Source: a virus (lineage: Duplodnaviria > Caudoviricetes). From it: 31,126 nt of DNA. Made by a program: the position numbers and the translations under genes. This document shows, piece after piece, positions 25,642 through 31,126 of this stretch (position 1 is the stretch's first letter; each line of letters opens with the position of its first letter). The stretch covers positions 1 through 31,126 of IMG/VR virus record IMGVR_UViG_3300025646_000206, one strand, 5' to 3'. The notes beneath the pieces are model-generated. The model made no database searches. It saw only the letters and a list, made by a program, of their open reading frames with translations, and was not told where the DNA came from.

Positions 25642-26216
25642 ACTAATAACTCAATATTAAAGGAAATGGAAATACGATTTTCGTCTGATGTGTTTGGTAC
25701 AACAGAATGTGGAAGCCAGGATGGAAATAAAAGTAAATCTCCAATCTCTACCTGATGTGTAAAATACTCATCTTTAATTAAACAACTTCTTTGGAAATCC
25801 ATCATTCTTGCTGGTCGTGGATCCTCAAACATGATTGAATTATTATCTTTTGATAATTGTATATAATATACTCCACTCATCCAACCAGATGGATGAACAT
25901 GAGAAAAATTCATTCCTCCTTTTGGGTTAATATTTCCCCACATGGATCTAATAACCATTTGTGGTGTTTTTTTACTTATATCCGCAATAATATTCTGTGC
26001 AATAATTGTCGTCTTTTCTAAGAGTGGTTTAAAAATTTCTTGATTCCAGAGATCAGTATCACTTTGCCATCCACCTCTATTACTTCTTATCTTTCCAGAA
26101 GTTTTTTTAGATAGATCAATCAAAAAATTTTTATATTTTTCATTTTCTTTTTCATCAAAAATATTAGAACTGTAAAATACAGTGGGAAATAACTCCCCCT
26201 TTTTAATATTAAACAT
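25638..26216 (-). CDS. 2OG-Fe(II) oxygenase (TIGR02466-like)
   Basis: SNRGGWQS...WGNIN...HVH...SGVYY...FPSWLPHSV...RISISFN; ATGA coupling to the downstream GT. Confidence 0.85.
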   Translation of the reverse strand: MFNIKKGELFPTVFYSSNIFDEKENEKYKNFLIDLSKKTSGKIRSNRGGWQSDTDLWNQEIFKPLLEKTTIIAQNIIADISKKTPQMVIRSMWGNINPKGGMNFSHVHPSGWMSGVYYIQLSKDNNSIMFEDPRPARMMDFQRSCLIKDEYFTHQVEIGDLLLFPSWLPHSVVPNTSDENRISISFNIELLV

Positions 26217-26233
26217 CAAAAATAATATTCACA

Positions 26234-29200
26234 TCAAGTTATATATCTTCCGGAAAGATTAACTGATATTGAACTTGTAACTCCAACCTCAACAACAACT
26301 GCATCCGTTGGTTCAATTCTTTTTTCTTTTTGTAGAATTTGAACCACACTATTCTGTGGTATTGTCAACTCTTTGACAAGATAACCTTGTCTGATTGTTC
26401 CTAATCTAAAAATAGAAACAGAAACATCTACATCCAAAATATCACTATAATTTGTCAAATTGATTACATTTAATGAGAATGGATTTGAACTTGCCGTAAA
26501 TACAGTATGAATTCCAGTAACTCCTATAGATGCTGCAATTCCAACATAAGTTGTATCAGTTCTTTCTTTATAAGTAACCCAACAATCTAAAGCATTATTG
26601 ACTCCGGCAGCAGTGGTTCCTACTCCAACAAAGGATGCAAATCTTAATTTGTCTTGAGGGTTCATGACCAATGACTGATCGATAACTTCAAGTGCTCCTT
26701 GGTATGGAACTAATACCTTATTAGTTAAAGGAACACCATTCCAAGTATTACTTCCAGTATTGAAATCAACATGTGAGGTAAAATAAACATCTGCGGGAGA
26801 TATATTTGCAGCATGTATGCTTAGTAATTCATAAGTTTTTCCTGCTGTTGATGGGAAAGATTTTGCAACGGCAACAAAACCATCGATATCATTAGAAGCC
26901 GAATGATAGATTGTTGTTGTTATACCGATATCAAACCTTAAACCAGGACCATCTTCACCTGGAGTACCAGCACCTATAGTTCCCTGGGTACCATCAAGAC
27001 CTTGAGTACCATCTAGACCTTGGGTTCCATCAGTTCCCTGAGTACCAGCACCTGTAGTTCCCTGGGTACCATCGGTTCCTTGAGTACCATCTAGACCTTG
27101 GGTCCCATCAGTTCCCTGAGTACCAGCACCTGTAGTTCCCTGGGTACCATCGGTTCCTTGAGTACCTGTGGTTCCTTGAGTTCCATCGGTTCCTTGAGTA
27201 CCTGTGGTTCCTTGAGTTCCATCGGTTCCTTGAGTACCTGTGGTTCCTTGAGTTCCATCGGTTCCTTGGGTTCCATCGGTTCCTTGAGTACCTGTGGTTC
27301 CTTGAGTTCCATCGGTTCCTTGAGTACCTGTGGTTCCTTGAGTTCCATCGGTTCCTTGAGTACCATCGGTTCCTTGAGTACCTGTGGTTCCTTGAGTACC
27401 TGTGGTTCCTTGAGTTCCATCGGTTCCCTGAGTACCATCGGTTCCTTGAGTACCTGTGGTTCCTTGAGTACCTGTGGTTCCTTGAGTTCCATCGGTTCCC
27501 TGAGTACCATCAGTTCCCTGGGTTCCATCTGTACCTTGAGTACCATCGGTTCCTTGAGTACCTGTGGTTCCTTGAGTACCTGTGGTTCCTTGAGTTCCAT
27601 CGGTTCCTTGGGTTCCATCGGTTCCTTGAGTACCTGTGGTTCCTTGAGTTCCATCGGTTCCTTGAGTACCGCCAGTTCCCTGAGTACCTGTGGTTCCCTG
27701 AGTACCATCATCACCTATATCACCAGTTCTGGCAAAAGTGATAATTATATCATCATTATTACTATAACTAGTCTGACCATTAAGACGTGTGCAGGGAACT
27801 TTAAAATAAGCAGTTTCCTCTGTTATAGAACTATCAATAGTAAAAATGGTATAAACGCTAGCGTCTAAACGTTTTGATATCCTAAAATGACCCTTAATGG
27901 AAGATGTGGAATCATCAATTGTCCGTAAGAATGTGTCAATATTGATATTATTATCATCTGCATCATTAATATAAAGTACTAAAGAAGGATTCGATAAATT
28001 TGTAGAATTAAATCTTAATCTTCCATCACCAGGATCTGCATCTGTAGTTCCATTATCAAATGTGTAATCAAATGTTGCTCCTCCAAAGTTTCCATCTGCA
28101 CCTTGAGTACCTGTGGTTCCCTGAGTACCATCGGTTCCTTGAGTACCAGCACCTGTAGTTCCCTGAGTACCGTCAGTTCCCTGAGTACCATCAGTACCTT
28201 GTGTGCCATCAGTACCTTGAGTGCCATCAGTACCTTGAGTGCCATCAGTACCTTGAGTGCCATCAGTTCCCTGAGTACCTGTGGTTCCTTGGGTTCCATC
28301 AGTACCTTGAGTACCATCAGTTCCCTGAGTACCTGTGGTTCCTTGGGTTCCATCAGTTCCTTGAGTACCATCAGTACCTTGTGTGCCATCAGTACCTTGA
28401 GTACCAGCACCTGTAGTTCCCTGAGTACCATCGGTTCCCTGAGTACCATCTGTACCTTGAGTACCATCTGCACCTTGGGTTCCATCAGTTCCCTGAGTAC
28501 CAGCACCTGTAGTTCCCTGAGTACCATCTGTACCTTGAGTACCATCTGCACCTTGGGTTCCATCAGTTCCCTGAGTACCAGCACCTGTAGTTCCCTGAGT
28601 ACCATCTGTACCTTGAGTACCATCTGTACCTTGAGTACCATCAGTTCCCTGAGTACCAGAACCTGTAGTTCCCTGAGTACCATCAGTACCTTGAGTTCCA
28701 TCAAGACCTTGAGTACCATCTAGACCTTGGGTTCCATCAGTTCCTTGAGTACCAGCACCTGTAGTTCCCTGGGTTCCATCAAGACCTTGAGTACCGTCAG
28801 TTCCCTGAGTACCATCAGTTCCTTGAGTACCAGCACCTGTAGTTCCCTGGGTTCCATCAAGACCTTGAGTACCGTCAGTTCCCTGAGTACCGTCAGTTCC
28901 CTGAGTACCATCAGTTCCTTGAGTACCAGCACCTGTAGTTCCCTGGGTTCCATCAAGACCTTGAGTACCGTCAGTTCCCTGAGTACCATCAGTTCCTTGA
29001 GTACCAGCACCTGTAGTTCCCTGAGTACCATCGGTTCCCTGAGTACCGTCAGTTCCCTGAGTACCGTCAGTTCCCTGAGTACCATCAGTACCTTGAGTAC
29101 CTGTGGTTCCTTGGGTTCCATCAGTACCTTGGGTTCCATCAGTACCTTGTGTGCCATCAGTACCTTGAGTACCAGCACCTGTAGTTCCCTGAGTACCATC

Positions 29201-29314
29201 AGTACCCTGAGTACCATCGGTTCCTTGTGACCCAGTATTACCCTTAGGTCCAGATTGGGAAGCAATAACTTTTACAGAATTTTCTTGTCCTACTCTGACC
29301 CTAATATCAGACAT
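26234..29314 (-). CDS. collagen-like fibre protein 2 (1026 aa)
   Basis: Short N-terminus, two Gly-Thr-(Gln/Asp/Thr) blocks separated by a globular domain, and two tandem C-terminal beta domains. Confidence 0.9.
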   Translation of the reverse strand: MSDIRVRVGQENSVKVIASQSGPKGNTGSQGTDGTQGTDGTQGTTGAGTQGTDGTQGTDGTQGTDGTQGTTGTQGTDGTQGTDGTQGTDGTQGTDGTQGTTGAGTQGTDGTQGTDGTQGLDGTQGTTGAGTQGTDGTQGTDGTQGTDGTQGLDGTQGTTGAGTQGTDGTQGTDGTQGLDGTQGTTGAGTQGTDGTQGLDGTQGLDGTQGTDGTQGTTGSGTQGTDGTQGTDGTQGTDGTQGTTGAGTQGTDGTQGADGTQGTDGTQGTTGAGTQGTDGTQGADGTQGTDGTQGTDGTQGTTGAGTQGTDGTQGTDGTQGTDGTQGTTGTQGTDGTQGTDGTQGTTGTQGTDGTQGTDGTQGTDGTQGTDGTQGTDGTQGTDGTQGTTGAGTQGTDGTQGTTGTQGADGNFGGATFDYTFDNGTTDADPGDGRLRFNSTNLSNPSLVLYINDADDNNINIDTFLRTIDDSTSSIKGHFRISKRLDASVYTIFTIDSSITEETAYFKVPCTRLNGQTSYSNNDDIIITFARTGDIGDDGTQGTTGTQGTGGTQGTDGTQGTTGTQGTDGTQGTDGTQGTTGTQGTTGTQGTDGTQGTDGTQGTDGTQGTDGTQGTTGTQGTTGTQGTDGTQGTDGTQGTTGTQGTTGTQGTDGTQGTDGTQGTTGTQGTDGTQGTTGTQGTDGTQGTDGTQGTTGTQGTDGTQGTTGTQGTDGTQGTTGTQGTDGTQGTTGAGTQGTDGTQGLDGTQGTDGTQGTTGAGTQGTDGTQGLDGTQGLDGTQGTIGAGTPGEDGPGLRFDIGITTTIYHSASNDIDGFVAVAKSFPSTAGKTYELLSIHAANISPADVYFTSHVDFNTGSNTWNGVPLTNKVLVPYQGALEVIDQSLVMNPQDKLRFASFVGVGTTAAGVNNALDCWVTYKERTDTTYVGIAASIGVTGIHTVFTASSNPFSLNVINLTNYSDILDVDVSVSIFRLGTIRQGYLVKELTIPQNSVVQILQKEKRIEPTDAVVVEVGVTSSISVNLSGRYIT
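26965..27720 (-). repeat. collagen triplet coding repeat, block B
   Basis: Degenerate 9/18-bp units. Confidence 0.9.
28091..29251 (-). repeat. collagen triplet coding repeat, block A
   Basis: Degenerate 9/18-bp units with periodic GAG interruptions and GLD variants. Confidence 0.9.
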
Positions 29315-29316
29315 TA

Positions 29317-29350
29317 TATTTATCTAAAACCTTTCTTTCTATATATTTAT
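29317..29350 (-). promoter_or_regulatory. tandem T4-type late promoter cores
   Basis: ATAAATA at 29344-29350 and 29317-29323, upstream of collagen 2. Confidence 0.6.
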
Positions 29351-29728
29351 TCAGGTAGCATTATTACGCCTTGGACGATAAATAAAAAGATTTGCTGGTG
29401 GATCAGGTTTCATCCACTCCTTTATCTTTTCATATCTATCCATACTAAAAAACTCCTGGGAAGAATACCATTCTTCCATAGGAGTATGTGCTTTATTTTG
29501 ATTGCAATCGTGGCAGGCACAGACAACATTTCGTGTAAAATCTGTACCTCCTTTTGATCTTGGAACTACATGATCAATAGTCAGGTGCTCATCTGATCCA
29601 CAATAAGCACACTGATTATCCCATTTATCTTTTATCTTCTGTCTCCACATTCGTTTTGCTTCTCCCGGACTTGTTGTATGTAAGTTGAAGAGATAGTGCT
29701 GGGGTGAATGTGGAACTTGCATAAGCAT
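29351..29728 (-). CDS. HNH endonuclease
   Basis: CAYCG...LTIDHVVPRSKGG...NVVCACHDCNQNK. Confidence 0.9.
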   Translation of the reverse strand: MLMQVPHSPQHYLFNLHTTSPGEAKRMWRQKIKDKWDNQCAYCGSDEHLTIDHVVPRSKGGTDFTRNVVCACHDCNQNKAHTPMEEWYSSQEFFSMDRYEKIKEWMKPDPPANLFIYRPRRNNAT

Positions 29729-29741
29729 TTGCGGCTTATGA

Positions 29742-30392
29742 TTATTTAGTTAGACCTGCTGCTTCCCAATCTTTATCAAAAATCTCCATTCCTTTATCGG
29801 TCAAAATATGATCATACATTTGATCAAATACTTTTGGTGGCATTGTAACAACAGAAGCACCATTATACCAAGACCTTACTGCTCTTTGAACACTACGAAT
29901 CGAAGCAGCAAGAACTTCTGTTGGAGCACCCTGAATACGATAGAGTTCTGAGATAGAACGAACTACTTCAAGACCAGCAACAGACTGATCATCAAGTCTT
30001 CCTACAAAAGGAGAAACATATTTTGCTCCTGCTCTTGTGGCAATAATTGCCTGTGCAGCACAGAAAATAAGAGTTACATTAACATTAATACCAGCATCAC
30101 TCAATCTCTTACATGCTCCAATTCCTTGTCTTGTACAAGGAACTTTCACAGTCGTGCAGAAACCAAACTTTTCAAAAAGTCTCATCCCCTCATCAACCAT
30201 TTGTTGTTGAGTTCCAACAACCTCCATACTGATATCTCGAATACCAATCTCTTTAATCTCTTCATATACATCATCAGGTTTTCTACCGCTTTTCATAATC
30301 AAAGAAGGATTTGTTGTCACGCCATCAATAAGTCCAGTTTGATAGTAGTGACGAATCTCACGGGTATCGGCAGTATCCAGGAAAATTTTCAT
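29742..30392 (-). CDS. talC: transaldolase (TalC family), auxiliary metabolic gene
   Basis: IFLDTAD, GVTTNPSLI, VKVP (Schiff-base Lys), NVTLIF, YVSPFVGRLDD, LAASIR; 216 aa. Confidence 0.95.
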   Translation of the reverse strand: MKIFLDTADTREIRHYYQTGLIDGVTTNPSLIMKSGRKPDDVYEEIKEIGIRDISMEVVGTQQQMVDEGMRLFEKFGFCTTVKVPCTRQGIGACKRLSDAGINVNVTLIFCAAQAIIATRAGAKYVSPFVGRLDDQSVAGLEVVRSISELYRIQGAPTEVLAASIRSVQRAVRSWYNGASVVTMPPKVFDQMYDHILTDKGMEIFDKDWEAAGLTK

Positions 30393-30420
30393 GTTGTTTG
30401 AATATCTCTCTTATATATCT

Positions 30421-30522
30421 CTACAATAATAACACGATCAGCACAGGAAGTGCAACTGTCATCGTTCCAATAAAATACCCCGCCATCGTTGTGATGACGG
30501 GGCGAATACTACCAGGATTCAT
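30421..30522 (-). CDS. putative 33-aa hydrophobic peptide (not in the ORF track)
   Basis: Hand-translated MNPGSIRPVITTMAGYFIGTMTVALPVLIVLLL*; GGAGAG RBS and CTAAATA (30542-30548) upstream. Confidence 0.5.
   Translation of the reverse strand: MNPGSIRPVITTMAGYFIGTMTVALPVLIVLLL
30426..30455 (-). promoter_or_regulatory. possible sigma70 promoter for talC
   Basis: TTGCAC, 18 bp spacer, TATTAT with extended TG. Confidence 0.45.
30469..30502 (-). terminator. possible intrinsic terminator
   Basis: CCCCGUCAUC-ACAAC-GAUGGCGGGG stem (one G-U pair) followed by UAUUUUAUU. Confidence 0.6.
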
Positions 30523-30544
30523 TTACTCTCCGTATTTTCAATAT

Positions 30545-30661
30545 TTAGTATGTAAGCATTCCAAGTAACATAATACCAAAACAGAATATTGTAAAGATCA
30601 TAATACCTATGCCAGCAACATAGACCCACATAGGAATACTATCTTCGCCATTATCAGTCAT
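30545..30661 (-). CDS. 38-aa membrane peptide (not in the ORF track)
   Basis: Hand-translated MTDNGEDSIPMWVYVAGIGIMIFTIFCFGIMLLGMLTY*; the start overlaps the end of the upstream gene. Confidence 0.65.
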   Translation of the reverse strand: MTDNGEDSIPMWVYVAGIGIMIFTIFCFGIMLLGMLTY

Positions 30662-30974
30662 TCTTTTCCAATGCTTCGTCGATTGCTTTTTTTACAGTTT
30701 CTTTGAATGATTCACGAGGAATGAAAATGTCATCGTCCTCAGTCTTGTAGTCTGGATGTTTCTCTTTGAATGTATACTCTACATCATACAGAAGAGACTG
30801 TGTGATGTCATTGATAGTTTCAAGTGTTTGTCCTTGGACTTGATCCCAGTTGTATCCGGGAAACATATCATCCTTGACACGATTAAGCAGTTCAAACTTT
30901 ACTTGCCAACGATCATCAAATAGATTCAAGAACTCTTGGCAATCATCTTGAGATTTGAAATTAGGAATTGTCAT
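30654..30974 (-). CDS. acidic hypothetical protein (106 aa)
   Basis: Open ORF; ATGA coupling with the upstream gene. Confidence 0.75.
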   Translation of the reverse strand: MTIPNFKSQDDCQEFLNLFDDRWQVKFELLNRVKDDMFPGYNWDQVQGQTLETINDITQSLLYDVEYTFKEKHPDYKTEDDDIFIPRESFKETVKKAIDEALEKND

Positions 30975-31123
30975 TTGTTACAATCGGGATGAAGTTGAGG
31001 TAGTGTGGTACAAATGCGTTGAGTACATTGCATTTGTCGATTATTGTCGGATTTATAGACTATCTTCATCATGGCAATGATACCAAAGACGAGGATAAGA
31101 TAAAATAAAGGATTTCGTGTCAT
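30971..31123 (-). CDS. 50-aa peptide with an N-terminal hydrophobic helix (not in the ORF track)
   Basis: Hand-translated MTRNPLFYLILVFGIIAMMKIVYKSDNNRQMQCTQRICTTLPQLHPDCNK*. Confidence 0.6.
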   Translation of the reverse strand: MTRNPLFYLILVFGIIAMMKIVYKSDNNRQMQCTQRICTTLPQLHPDCNK

Positions 31124-31126
31124 TTC

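Noticed and set aside
9652-26216. DNA hypermodification cluster (oxygenase plus glycosyltransferase acting on bases)
   Set aside because: Not favoured: I saw no TET/JBP-like, thymidylate-synthase-like or DNA methylase genes, and the enzymes are interleaved with structural genes. It is not formally excluded.
27091-29265. Alternative-frame ORFs over collagen 2
   Set aside because: Same shadow effect of the repeat
1-31126. tRNA, rRNA, integrase or transposase
   Set aside because: None recognised by eye; a tRNAscan-SE and HMM run would be needed to exclude them.

Overview
This window looks like part of a T4-like cyanophage (cyanomyovirus) genome. The evidence is talC transaldolase, a CPYC glutaredoxin, T4-type late promoter cores (A/C)TAAATA, host-type sigma70 promoters and cyanophage-style GIGT fibre motifs. 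Every gene but one is on the minus strand. Between talC/HNH and the glutaredoxin lies a ~27.5 kb accessory island (about 1790-29314). It encodes two giant proline-free Gly-Thr-Gln/Asp collagen-like proteins, three paralogous double Kelch-like beta-propeller proteins, an ALK/LTK-like glycine-rich protein and small putative adaptor and chaperone proteins. Interleaved with these is a modification kit: five glycosyltransferase domains (GT17 twice, GT2-like, GT-A, GT4-like), a GH130/GT91-like propeller, two SAM methyltransferase domains and four 2OG-Fe(II) oxygenase domains. My leading hypothesis, which is inference, is a modular collagen fibre with exchangeable heads plus its own hydroxylation, glycosylation and methylation pathway. 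Regulatory details visible in the sequence are back-to-back sigma70 promoters sharing one palindromic -35, a duplicated late-promoter leader and a truncated glutamine-riboswitch-like RNA at the left edge. All family assignments come from motif recognition by eye; no searches were run.
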